A stretch of 64,000 nt of DNA from a virus, in the IMG/VR virus record IMGVR_UViG_3300031519_006853, positions 64,001-128,000 of that record; one strand, 5' to 3'. The translations under genes and the position numbers were made by a program. The notes beneath the pieces were generated by a model. That model was given only the letters and a program-made list of their open reading frames with translations, ran no database searches and was not told where the DNA came from. Positions 19,315-28,486 of the stretch are shown here, one piece after another. Every line of letters begins with the position of its first letter. The stretch's first letter is position 1.

Positions 19315-20551
19315 AGTAGATAAATTAATTATAGGAGGCGGTATTACTGGATTATCAACAGCCGCCTTTTTAGGAAAAGATTCAGATTACTTAGTTCTTG
19401 AAGGTGCAAATGAATTAGGTGGGTATTGTAAAACTACCAAAAGAAATGGATTTGTTTGGGATTACAGTGGGCATTTCTTTCATTTTAGGAATGATGAAAT
19501 AAAAAAGTATATGATGTCAGAAATGGCATGTGAAGTTGTAACAGTTAAAAAAATAACAGATATAGATTATAAGGGTACTGTTATAGATTTTCCTTTTCAA
19601 TATAACGTTCATCAATTACCAAAGAAAGATTTCTTAGAATGTTTAAGAGACATGTATTACTTAGGTGATATAGACAATGAAAATTTTAAATCATTTGTAA
19701 ATTCTACATCAGGTAAAGCAATTGCTGAAAAATTTCTAATACCTTACAATGAAAAATTATATGCATGTGATCTTAATAAATTAGATGCAGATGCAATGGG
19801 TAGATTTTTTCCAAAGCCAATTAAGTTTGATGAACTTATGGAAAAGATAACAGTTCCTAATGATTATGAATCTTATAATGGAACATTCATTTATCCAGTA
19901 GACGGTAGCTTTGAATTTATTAAATCTATATTAAAACGAGTAGATGAAAATAAAATATGGTTAAATTCCAAAGCTAATAAAATTGACTCTAATAAAAAAA
20001 TAGTTTATACAGATAAAGGGGAAGTTCATTATAATACTTTAATTAGTACAATGCCATTCAATAAAATATTACCTATGGTTTCAGATAATTCTACTTCAGA
20101 ATTATCATCAAATAAAGTAGCAGTATTTAATTTAGGTTTTGATAAAGGTACGGATATAAAAACTCACTGGAGATATTTCCCTGGTAATGAAATATTTTAT
20201 CGTATAGGTTTTTATAATAATATACTAGGTACAGATAAATTAAGCTTATATGTAGAGGTTGGCGCAAAGAGTAATGAACTATTAGAAGAGAAAGTATTAT
20301 TAAATCAAATTCTAAAAGATCTTAAACAAAATGGTATAATAACAGATCATAATTTAATAGATCATCAATTTATTGTTATGGATCCTGCTTATGTTCATAT
20401 AACTACAGAGAGCGAAAAAACTTATAAAACATTTTGTAAAGATTTTAATAAAAAAGGAATATATTCTATTGGAAGGTATGGGTCATGGACTTATTGTTCT
20501 ATTGAAGATAATATTATACAAGCAAAAGAATTAATTAATAAAATTAAATAA
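19307..20551 (+). CDS. FAD-dependent oxidoreductase (UGM/protoporphyrinogen-oxidase-like)
   Basis: IIGGGITGLS, LGGYC, YSGHFFH, IGRYGSW; start moved to MHKVDK. Confidence 0.8.
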   Translation: MHKVDKLIIGGGITGLSTAAFLGKDSDYLVLEGANELGGYCKTTKRNGFVWDYSGHFFHFRNDEIKKYMMSEMACEVVTVKKITDIDYKGTVIDFPFQYNVHQLPKKDFLECLRDMYYLGDIDNENFKSFVNSTSGKAIAEKFLIPYNEKLYACDLNKLDADAMGRFFPKPIKFDELMEKITVPNDYESYNGTFIYPVDGSFEFIKSILKRVDENKIWLNSKANKIDSNKKIVYTDKGEVHYNTLISTMPFNKILPMVSDNSTSELSSNKVAVFNLGFDKGTDIKTHWRYFPGNEIFYRIGFYNNILGTDKLSLYVEVGAKSNELLEEKVLLNQILKDLKQNGIITDHNLIDHQFIVMDPAYVHITTESEKTYKTFCKDFNKKGIYSIGRYGSWTYCSIEDNIIQAKELINKIK

Positions 20552-20552
20552 T

Positions 20553-20936
20553 ATGAATTATCACGAAGATGATAGAGCACAGCGATTATTGAATGTATTT
20601 CCGGTAGGAGAAGGTCAAATTAATGTATCTTATATAAATTCAACTGAGCATATTGTAGCTTGGCATAAACATGAAAAACAAACTGATTACTGGATTTGTA
20701 TTAAAGGTAGTTTAAAAGTAGGATGGGCAACAGAAAAAGACGGTTGTGAATTTAAATATCTTTCTGATAAAAATCCACAAGTATTAGAAATACCCCCAGG
20801 AATATATCACGGTTATAAAGCGTTGGAACCAGGAACTATATTAGCATACTATGTTACAAGAAAATATGATCCAACGGATGAGCACAGGGCAGATGTAGGC
20901 CATTTTGGAGAAGAGTGGAAAGCTGAAAATAAATAA
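20553..20936 (+). CDS. RmlC-like cupin (dTDP-sugar epimerase/isomerase)
   Basis: AWHKHEKQTDYW, IPPGIYHGYKAL, YDPTDE. Confidence 0.75.
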   Translation: MNYHEDDRAQRLLNVFPVGEGQINVSYINSTEHIVAWHKHEKQTDYWICIKGSLKVGWATEKDGCEFKYLSDKNPQVLEIPPGIYHGYKALEPGTILAYYVTRKYDPTDEHRADVGHFGEEWKAENK

Positions 20937-21012
20937 TGATTAAAAAATTAATATTCTTAATAAGACTTAAGCTTGCAAAAAGAAAAAGAAAATCAGTATG
21001 GGATCTGTAATT

Positions 21013-21597
21013 ATGAGTAAGAAACATTTAGTAGTAATAGGGCATCCTGATAGAGAGTCATTTTGTTATAATGGAATATTCAAAACCATTACAAAAGAAC
21101 TTGAAGATAACAACGAAACCTTTGAGGTTATCGATGTGTATGAGGATAAGTTACATAGAAATAGAGAAGTATTAATTGAAGAATATAAGAAATTAATTAC
21201 CTGGTCAACTCATATTTACTTTGTATCACCTGTATGGTGGTTTAGGATGACACCTAAGATGGAAACATTCTTTGATGAGGTTCTTACGCCAGGGTTCGCA
21301 TATAAGTTTGTACCAATAAAAGGAATGTATGCTTATCCAAAACCATTTTTGAGTGATAAGAAAGTTAGAACATACATTACACACGGAGCTCCAATGTTAC
21401 CAGTAATTACGCTATATTTTAATTCAGTTAAACTAAGATTAGTAATGGGAGTGTACTCATTTGTATTTGGTTGGAAGTTGAGTAGGTGGAGAAAAACAAA
21501 ACAATTCTGGTCTGTACCATTTGTATCACACAAGAAACGACAGAAATATTTAAGAGTAGTAGAAAAAGATATAAGAAAAGATCTTAAAAAAGTATAA
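21013..21597 (+). CDS. flavodoxin-fold NAD(P)H quinone oxidoreductase
   Basis: VVIGHPDRESF, SPVWWFRM, FFDEVLTPGFAY. Confidence 0.85.
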   Translation: MSKKHLVVIGHPDRESFCYNGIFKTITKELEDNNETFEVIDVYEDKLHRNREVLIEEYKKLITWSTHIYFVSPVWWFRMTPKMETFFDEVLTPGFAYKFVPIKGMYAYPKPFLSDKKVRTYITHGAPMLPVITLYFNSVKLRLVMGVYSFVFGWKLSRWRKTKQFWSVPFVSHKKRQKYLRVVEKDIRKDLKKV

Positions 21598-21598
21598 C

Positions 21599-21826
21599 AT
21601 GAAAAAGTTTATTACATTCTTTTTAATATGGTATAGTCAACAAATGGCAATACCTTTTTGGGTAATAGGGCATGTACATTTACATTTTGCTACATGGCAT
21701 GATGCATATGAATATAGTTTATCAATATTCTTGCATTTAATGGTTGCAGTAGGATTTTGGATAGATTGGAAACAAAATGGAAAACAAAAACAAAAAAATA
21801 CATATAAAAATAAAATAACTAATTAA
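21599..21826 (+). CDS. small membrane protein
   Basis: hydrophobic 75-aa ORF. Confidence 0.55.
   Translation: MKKFITFFLIWYSQQMAIPFWVIGHVHLHFATWHDAYEYSLSIFLHLMVAVGFWIDWKQNGKQKQKNTYKNKITN
21782..21807 (+). promoter_or_regulatory. class II motif
   Basis: AAAC-N15-CATATAA. Confidence 0.5.
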
Positions 21827-21827
21827 G

Positions 21828-22808
21828 ATGGATTATAATCATAAAAGTTTACATAAAGATATTTTTGGCTATATTGACAGTATACAAAATTTAGAACAAG
21901 ATTTATTTACAATTACTTGCTGGTATAGTTTTACAGATGATAGGAAAATAAAAGAATTAAGAATTAAAGAAGATAACGTAGAATATCTAGATACGGCTTT
22001 TAGTATACCAAGACAAGATGTTGTTAAATATTATAATAATGCAAATCTTATTAATTGCGGAAATATATTAGTAATTAGAACTAAAAATACTAAAATTACA
22101 ATACAAGCTAAGAGTAATAATGTTTGGTATGATATTAATGAAATAGATTTAACTAAGTACGTTGCTGTCCTTAATCCTAAATTTAATAAAGTAAATGATA
22201 AAGTACCTACTCTAATAGCAATTGATGATTTTTATACATATCCTGATGAGGTAAGAAAAATGGCATTAAATCTGGATTATGCTCCTAGCCAATATCATAA
22301 AGGGAAAAGAACTAAGTCTAAATTAGTTATTGAAGGTACAAAGGAAAAACTAGAAAAAGTCCTAGGTAAAAAAATTACCAATTGGACAGAAACACATGCT
22401 CACTGTGGTGTATTTCAACACTGTACACCAATAGATCCTATTGTTTATCATTATGATGGCCAAAGCCATGCAGCAGTTGTATTTTTAACACCCAATGCAC
22501 CAGTTACAACAGGCACTTCTTTCTTTAGGCATAAATCATTGCATTGGTTAGATAAAGCACCAGTCATAGGAGAGAATGATATTAAATCTCAATCACAAAT
22601 AACAGAAATAGAAGCTAAATTTATAGGAACAGAACACGATGATTTTTTAGATGGTACTAAATGGGAAGAAATTGATAGAATAGGAAATAAGTATAATCGT
22701 TTAGCAATATGGGATGCTAAATTAATTCATGCAGCTACTCAATACTTTGGTAAAAATTTAAACGACTCAAGATTATTCCACATGTTTTTCTTTGATATAG
22801 AACAATAA
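21828..22808 (+). CDS. 2OG-Fe(II) oxygenase-like (DUF6445-like) with N-terminal extension
   Basis: IDDFY.YPDEVR, HYD, YNRLAIWDAKLIHAA, RLFHMFFF. Confidence 0.7.
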   Translation: MDYNHKSLHKDIFGYIDSIQNLEQDLFTITCWYSFTDDRKIKELRIKEDNVEYLDTAFSIPRQDVVKYYNNANLINCGNILVIRTKNTKITIQAKSNNVWYDINEIDLTKYVAVLNPKFNKVNDKVPTLIAIDDFYTYPDEVRKMALNLDYAPSQYHKGKRTKSKLVIEGTKEKLEKVLGKKITNWTETHAHCGVFQHCTPIDPIVYHYDGQSHAAVVFLTPNAPVTTGTSFFRHKSLHWLDKAPVIGENDIKSQSQITEIEAKFIGTEHDDFLDGTKWEEIDRIGNKYNRLAIWDAKLIHAATQYFGKNLNDSRLFHMFFFDIEQ

Positions 22809-22809
22809 T

Positions 22810-24009
22810 ATGAAATTAAGTATAATTACACCAACACACAAGCTAACATATATTCATGAATTATATGAATCTATTAAAAAGCAAACATACTCTGATTGGG
22901 AGTGGGTTATTTATCTAAATGGCAAAGCTAAGAAAAAAGAATTATTAAATGAAATTCTTAATGATGATAGGGTTAGCATTTATGAAGATAGAAAAAAGCA
23001 TAAGCATAGTACCAATGTAGGTTATTTAAAAAATAAAGCATTTCTATTAGGTAAAGGTGAGATTTTACTGGAAGTAGATCATGATGATTTAATTACGCCT
23101 GATTGTTTATATGAAGTAGCTAAAGCATTTAAAGAAAATCCTAATGCTGGTTTTGCATATAGTCATACTGCTATAATTCAGAAAGATAATATACCTTATA
23201 ATCCAGCATTTGGTTGGACTACCCCTTATCAAATTGAATGGGAAGGTAAAAAATATTGGTCCAACAGTTCATTTGAACCTTGTGCCGGGATGGCATCTCT
23301 TATTGGTTTTGGCCCAGATCATATTAGATGTTGGAGAAAATCTATTTATCATTCAGTAGGAGGTCATAATCCAGAACTTTCTATTTTAGATGATCAAGAA
23401 TTATTTATGAGAACATATATGATTACTGATTTTTATGAAATAGGAAAATGTCTTTATTTATATAGAGTTCATGGTGATAATACTTGGTTAGAAAGAAACG
23501 CTGCTATACAGAAAGGTACTAAAGAATTACAAATAGAATGGCAAGAAAAGTTAGCTACGTTGGATGCTCAAAGAAAAAATCTAAAAATAATTAATTTATT
23601 AAATGTTGATTTTGATATTCACAAACCTTGGCCATTAAAAGATAACTCTGTAGGTGTCATTAAAGCTTCACATGTTATACAATTAATTGAAGACAAGGAA
23701 TTTGCTATGAGTGAAATGTATCGTGTGTTAGATGATAAAGGCTGGGCTTTTGTTGAAGTACCTTCAACTGATGGTAGAGGGGCCCACCAAGATCCTAGGC
23801 ATAAAAGCTTTTGGAATGAAAATAGTTTTTGGTATTGGACAAAGAAAACTCATGCAAGTTTCATTAATACAAATGTAAAGTTTCAAAACATGGCAAGTGG
23901 TACAAGTTTCCCTAGTAAATTTTTTGAAGATAACAAAATATCATGCACATGGATTTATTTAAGAGCAGTAAAATCAAATTCTAAACGACCAGGACTATAC
24001 GAATTTTAA
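22810..24009 (+). CDS. GT2 glycosyltransferase fused to a methyltransferase-like C-terminus
   Basis: LSIITPTH, EVDHDD; C-terminal SHVIQ..EMYRVL..VEVPS..DPRH. Confidence 0.75.
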   Translation: MKLSIITPTHKLTYIHELYESIKKQTYSDWEWVIYLNGKAKKKELLNEILNDDRVSIYEDRKKHKHSTNVGYLKNKAFLLGKGEILLEVDHDDLITPDCLYEVAKAFKENPNAGFAYSHTAIIQKDNIPYNPAFGWTTPYQIEWEGKKYWSNSSFEPCAGMASLIGFGPDHIRCWRKSIYHSVGGHNPELSILDDQELFMRTYMITDFYEIGKCLYLYRVHGDNTWLERNAAIQKGTKELQIEWQEKLATLDAQRKNLKIINLLNVDFDIHKPWPLKDNSVGVIKASHVIQLIEDKEFAMSEMYRVLDDKGWAFVEVPSTDGRGAHQDPRHKSFWNENSFWYWTKKTHASFINTNVKFQNMASGTSFPSKFFEDNKISCTWIYLRAVKSNSKRPGLYEF

Positions 24010-24021
24010 ATAAAAAGAAAT

Positions 24022-24639
24022 ATGAAATTTAAAGATACTATTGGAATATTTAATAATGCATTCTCGGCAGAAGAATGCCAAGCAATTATAGATGGGCATA
24101 CTTATGCATCAGACCGAGAATTTACTAGTGAAGGAGGGTACGGCGTGTTAGAGGGTCATAAAAAATCTAGAGATTATGATATAATTCGAAGCGAAAGACC
24201 AGAAGATAAAGAATTAGTTGACTTAATAGCCAATAAATTTAATAGATTTAATATGGAATATTTAAGAGACTTTGCTCCGTATGATGAATTTAATACAGAT
24301 AATTTATTAAATGGTCAAACATATTATCCATTATTTCAAATACAACATTATCTTAAAGGATTAGGCCACTTTAATTCTTTTCATTTAGAAAACCATGATG
24401 TTGTATCATCTAAAAGATTATTTGTTTTTATTCTTTATCTTAATGATGTAAGTGAAGGTGGAGAAACTGCGTTTTATTTTAAAGAAGATGGTGAGGATGA
24501 TTTTTTTAAAGTTAAACCAGAAGTAGGTAAATTAATAATTCATCCAGCTTCATGGCCGTATGTTCATAAAGGACATAAACCTGAATCAGATGATAAGTAC
24601 ATATTAACTACATGGTTATGCTATATGGATAATAATTAA
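24022..24639 (+). CDS. 2OG-Fe(II) oxygenase, prolyl-4-hydroxylase-like
   Basis: FHLE, FILYLNDVSEGGETAF, WPYVHKG, KYILTTW. Confidence 0.85.
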   Translation: MKFKDTIGIFNNAFSAEECQAIIDGHTYASDREFTSEGGYGVLEGHKKSRDYDIIRSERPEDKELVDLIANKFNRFNMEYLRDFAPYDEFNTDNLLNGQTYYPLFQIQHYLKGLGHFNSFHLENHDVVSSKRLFVFILYLNDVSEGGETAFYFKEDGEDDFFKVKPEVGKLIIHPASWPYVHKGHKPESDDKYILTTWLCYMDNN

Positions 24640-24648
24640 GAAATTACT

Positions 24649-24678
24649 TTCAGATGATCATATTTTTTGTTATATTTA
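24649..24678 (+). promoter_or_regulatory. class I core only
   Basis: TTCAGA-N15-TTATATTTA upstream of uvsE. Confidence 0.6.
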
Positions 24679-24694
24679 AATTAAATACCAATAT

Positions 24695-25675
24695 ATGAAT
24701 CCAAAGACTCAACTAGGTTACTGCTGTATTAATTTAAATTTACGACAAATACCGATTACTGTTAATAGAACATGTAGAAAGGCAACGTTTCAATCTGGTG
24801 GACTACCTCATGTAAGCAACCTTGCATTACAAAATATCAGAGATCTTGTAGAAATTATTAAATGGAATGAAAAGAATGGATTTAAAGTCTATCGCATGTC
24901 ATCAAACATGTTTCCGTGGATGTCAGAGTATGAACTTAAAGATTTACCAGATTACCAAAAAATATCTACAATTCTAAAAGGTGCAGGTAGGCTTGCTATT
25001 AAATATGGACAACGACTCAGTTTCCACCCTGGCCCTTTTAATGTTCTAGGATCTCCGAATCCTGTATTGGTTACTAAAACTACAAAGGAACTTAATCAAA
25101 CGGCAGAAATTATGGATATTATGGGATTAGAGCAATCTAATCATTATCCTATTAATATTCACTGCAATGGAGTTTATGGTGACAAGAAGGCTACATTACA
25201 AAGGTGGTCTGATAATTACAAAAACCTTTCAGTATCAGCTCAAGCAAGATTAGTTGTAGAGAATGATGATAAAGCATCTATGTATTCTGTAAAGGATTTA
25301 TATGATGGCATCTTCTCTGAAGTAAAGGTACCTATTACTTTTGATTTTCATCACCACAGATTTCAACCTGGTGACTTATCTGAACAAGAAGCATTTGAAT
25401 TGGCAATGACTACATGGCAATATCATAATGTAAAACCATTATTTCATTATTCATCATGCCGAAGAACATTCGAGGATCCAGGTTGTAAGGCACAAGCCCA
25501 TGCTGATTTCATATACGAACAGATTAATGATTACGGTCATGCCGTAGACATAGAAGTAGAGGCTAAAGCTAAGGAAGTGGCCGTCTTAAAATATAAAGAT
25601 GATACAGATTCATTGTTAGAATCTTATTTACCTTTTGATGTACATATTGATAATCAATTAGTACTAGAAGTTTAA
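24695..25675 (+). CDS. uvsE: UV-damage endonuclease
   Basis: LGYCCIN, YRMSS, LSFHPG, IHCNG, VENDD, FDFHHH, HYSS, HAD, EVEAK. Confidence 0.93.
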   Translation: MNPKTQLGYCCINLNLRQIPITVNRTCRKATFQSGGLPHVSNLALQNIRDLVEIIKWNEKNGFKVYRMSSNMFPWMSEYELKDLPDYQKISTILKGAGRLAIKYGQRLSFHPGPFNVLGSPNPVLVTKTTKELNQTAEIMDIMGLEQSNHYPINIHCNGVYGDKKATLQRWSDNYKNLSVSAQARLVVENDDKASMYSVKDLYDGIFSEVKVPITFDFHHHRFQPGDLSEQEAFELAMTTWQYHNVKPLFHYSSCRRTFEDPGCKAQAHADFIYEQINDYGHAVDIEVEAKAKEVAVLKYKDDTDSLLESYLPFDVHIDNQLVLEV

Positions 25676-25691
25676 TTTTAAAAAAAATAAC

Positions 25692-25985
25692 ATGATTAAA
25701 ATTGTTAAAGAAAAACCAATTAAAAGTAGCACCTCAGTTGAAGGTATATTAGTACAAGTAACTGGTGGCCAATGGTATGGAATTACTACGTTTAGACCTG
25801 CAAGAAATCCTTGGTTAGGTAGAGCTAGTAAATCAACTACAACAGGAAGAATGGAATTTACCAGCGGTAGTGAAACATTTCAACAAGCTTATAAAGAAAA
25901 ACCAACCTTTGAAGAATTAAAAGAAACTTTAATGGCTGTGCTAAATGGAGCTGAACCTGTTAAATATAAAATTAATTACAATTAA
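25692..25985 (+). CDS. hypothetical protein
   Basis: ORF in operon. Confidence 0.55.
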   Translation: MIKIVKEKPIKSSTSVEGILVQVTGGQWYGITTFRPARNPWLGRASKSTTTGRMEFTSGSETFQQAYKEKPTFEELKETLMAVLNGAEPVKYKINYN

Positions 25986-26149
25986 TGGGGAGTATAATGG
26001 AAATATTTGCATTGCTCTTTATTATATTTTTGAGCTTTGTTTTTCATTGTGTTGTCTATGAAGATGACTATGTTAAAAAATGGTATTGGAAAGTATTAAT
26101 AGGTGGTGGTATATTAGCTCTAACTTTTGCTGCTGTTATGGGATATTAA
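25985..26149 (+). CDS. small membrane protein (not in ORF track)
   Basis: MGSIMEIFALL...AVMGY; two hydrophobic segments. Confidence 0.45.
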   Translation: MGSIMEIFALLFIIFLSFVFHCVVYEDDYVKKWYWKVLIGGGILALTFAAVMGY

Positions 26150-26246
26150 ATTGTTAATAACTTTTTGAAAATAACATGAAACTATGGTTCAAAACCAATA
26201 AAAATTGATTATATTTATACTATATTAATAAACAAACTAAAACTAT
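26149..26246 (+). promoter_or_regulatory. class I (early-type) element, copy 1/9
   Basis: ATTGTTAATAACTTTT..AAATAAC..TTGATTATATTTATA. Confidence 0.75.
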
Positions 26247-26432
26247 ATGAAAAAGAACGGAGATAACCTTAATGGAACAGTTGAATTTTATTATCAACAA
26301 TATATGAAAAGTTATGTATCTTTAAATCTAGAATTTTCTGAGTTTATTGCGAGCAAACTTCGATGTACTGAGCACCATGCGGTACAAGTAATAAAAACAT
26401 GGAAAAATAACAAACAACTAATAAACGCATAG
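26247..26432 (+). CDS. hypothetical protein (early module)
   Basis: directly follows the repeated promoter element. Confidence 0.6.
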   Translation: MKKNGDNLNGTVEFYYQQYMKSYVSLNLEFSEFIASKLRCTEHHAVQVIKTWKNNKQLINA

Positions 26433-26433
26433 T

Positions 26434-26622
26434 ATGAAAAAAGCAATTGGAAATTTTATAGTAGAATTATCAGGCGAAAGCTTAATGATTAAAAATCAAA
26501 AAGGTGATTTGTTAAAAGCAGAATCAGTTAAGCCGTTCGAATCAGATGATAAGTTTAAAGAACTATGTACTAATTTAGAAGCAAAGATAGCAGATAGAAA
26601 AGCAAAAGGTTTATCTGTATAA
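26434..26622 (+). CDS. hypothetical protein
   Basis: coupled ORF. Confidence 0.6.
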   Translation: MKKAIGNFIVELSGESLMIKNQKGDLLKAESVKPFESDDKFKELCTNLEAKIADRKAKGLSV

Positions 26623-26634
26623 AAAATTAAACAC

Positions 26635-26749
26635 GGAGGGTTAGCCAAGTGGTAACGGCGCCATATCTTCTAAGGATTGAAAAGCAATGCTAGCTGCGTA
26701 AAGTAAATCTTAGGTATGGAAATCGGGAGTTCGATTCTCCCACCCACCA
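26635..26749 (+). ncRNA. tRNA-like RNA with a 42-nt insertion in the anticodon loop
   Basis: acceptor GGAGGGT/ACCCACC, D-arm GCCAAGTGGTAACGGC, stem CCATA/TATGG, T-arm GGGAG-TTCGATT-CTCCC. Confidence 0.75.
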
Positions 26750-26750
26750 G

Positions 26751-26828
26751 CTCTTAGATAGGTTAACAACCGAACAACGAGGCGTCAAATCTCACGCCTA
26801 CAAACCGAAAGGCTGAGTCTAAGTGGAG
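26751..26828 (+). ncRNA. putative structured RNA 3' of the tRNA-like gene
   Basis: CTTAGA/TCTAAG closing stem, AGGCGT/ACGCCT hairpin, CC-GAAA-GG tetraloop. Confidence 0.4.
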
Positions 26829-26847
26829 TATTAACGTAAAACGGAAT

Positions 26848-27147
26848 ATGGCAAAAATTAAATTAGAATCACATATGGGTATAGCCTTTTCAACAATAGG
26901 CGGTCAAAAATACCTATTCCCAGGATGGATCCCAGTCGAGGATCATATATCATTTAATGATGTTGAGGTTACAAATCCTTATGCAAATCAAAAATCAGAG
27001 ACTTATACAATTACTGGATCAAGAGGCGATAAATATACTGTAACAAACCGAAATGGCAAATTCTCATGTGATTGTCCTGCTGGTAAATTTAGAGGAACTT
27101 GTAAACATTCAACCCAAGTTCAAAAAGAACTCAACTTAGTTGAATAA
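26848..27147 (+). CDS. SWIM zinc-finger protein
   Basis: FSCDCPAGKFRGTCKH. Confidence 0.75.
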   Translation: MAKIKLESHMGIAFSTIGGQKYLFPGWIPVEDHISFNDVEVTNPYANQKSETYTITGSRGDKYTVTNRNGKFSCDCPAGKFRGTCKHSTQVQKELNLVE

Positions 27148-27169
27148 ATAAAGAAAATAATACACAATT

Positions 27170-28204
27170 ATGCAAGGAGTATACGGAATAATAAAAACAG
27201 ATGATGCTACAGTACCCGTAGCAAATTCTAGTGTTGAATATAACAGAGATACTGATTTAGGTATTACCTTTAATACTCAACACGATTCTTCAGAACCAGG
27301 AAAAATACCAACTCCACCAGCTGGAACAACTGGAACAGTAAGTACTGTTACACCAGGATCTGGTTATACATTAGGAGAAGGTAAAACATTAGTACAGACT
27401 TCATCTACTGGTACAGGTACAGGTTTAAGAATAGCAACATCAATTGTTGAAAGTGGCGGAATATTAAAAGCAGGAAGTACGGTTAGTGTTACTGCTGGTT
27501 TTCAAACTTTTCAAAATAACCTATTAAAGAATTATACAAATTTACCAGCAGACCCATATACTTGGACAAGAAATACGGCATCTGGTGCTGCAGTAGTTGG
27601 TGGAACTACAACAGCAATTACATCAACAGGTGGATCTGGAACAGGTGCAACATTCCTAGTAACAGTTGCTACAGGGACAGTTACTAATATTACAATTAGT
27701 GATGTAGGTTCAGGATATGCAGTTGGAGATATAGTTACACTTACTGTAGCAAACTTACAAACTGCACTGAATGTTATAAATGGTAATAATGCCACAGTAA
27801 CACAAGGAGATATAAAATTAACATTAACAGCTGACAATATTTTTGGCGGTATTGGTAATGTTTCTCAAGTTAGAATTTTAACACCAGGTAAAGGTCATGC
27901 TGTAGGTGATGTTATTACATTTAAAGAAGAAGGTACAGATAATGTCGGTACAGGTTCAGTTGCTGTTGCAACATTACAAACATTAGGTGGAACTGTTATA
28001 AGTGCAACTGCACAAAATAAAACTTATCCTGCTGCAATTAGATATTCAGGTGCAGCGGCCGCTGTCATAAATGTTTTAGATTTGAACGGTACACTTGTTT
28101 CATTAGGAACAGTTCAACCTGGGCAACTAATACCATATTCATTTAGTCAAGTAGAAGGTACTACGCCAGCAGTAATTGGAACAGTGCAAGTATTATATAA
28201 GTAA
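27170..28204 (+). CDS. Thr/Gly/Val-rich putative structural (tail/baseplate-associated) protein
   Basis: three GSG[YH]xxG[DE] repeats (PGSGYTLGE, GSGYAVGD, GKGHAVGD). Confidence 0.55.
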   Translation: MQGVYGIIKTDDATVPVANSSVEYNRDTDLGITFNTQHDSSEPGKIPTPPAGTTGTVSTVTPGSGYTLGEGKTLVQTSSTGTGTGLRIATSIVESGGILKAGSTVSVTAGFQTFQNNLLKNYTNLPADPYTWTRNTASGAAVVGGTTTAITSTGGSGTGATFLVTVATGTVTNITISDVGSGYAVGDIVTLTVANLQTALNVINGNNATVTQGDIKLTLTADNIFGGIGNVSQVRILTPGKGHAVGDVITFKEEGTDNVGTGSVAVATLQTLGGTVISATAQNKTYPAAIRYSGAAAAVINVLDLNGTLVSLGTVQPGQLIPYSFSQVEGTTPAVIGTVQVLYK

Positions 28205-28226
28205 AAATAAATAAATTAATTTTAAG

Positions 28227-28415
28227 ATGGAAAAAGCAAAAGAATTATTTGGAAAAGTAGTAAGTTGGATTGACTCAAAAGGTTTCTCTGCTTTATTATC
28301 ATTAGGTATAGGCGTAGGTCTATGGATATTTGGTTACAAGATATATGCTGGAATTGCATTCGGTGTATTCTTAACTAGAAACTGGGATCTCCTTAGAGGA
28401 TGGATCAAGAAATAA
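28227..28415 (+). CDS. small membrane protein
   Basis: two hydrophobic helices. Confidence 0.55.
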   Translation: MEKAKELFGKVVSWIDSKGFSALLSLGIGVGLWIFGYKIYAGIAFGVFLTRNWDLLRGWIKK

Positions 28416-28428
28416 TTGAAATCAATAC

Positions 28429-28462
28429 ATCATCTCAGTACATTTTTTGTTACTGGGATGAT
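28429..28462. other. 12-bp intergenic hairpin
   Basis: ATCATCTCAGTA / TACTGGGATGAT; no U-tract. Confidence 0.5.
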
Positions 28463-28486
28463 TATAGTATTAAATAAAACAAACTT

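Noticed and set aside
26750-26845. HDV-like theta ribozyme after the tRNA-like gene
   Set aside because: I could not build the P1/P2/P3/P1.1 double pseudoknot by eye; kept only as an unclassified structured element pending a covariance search.
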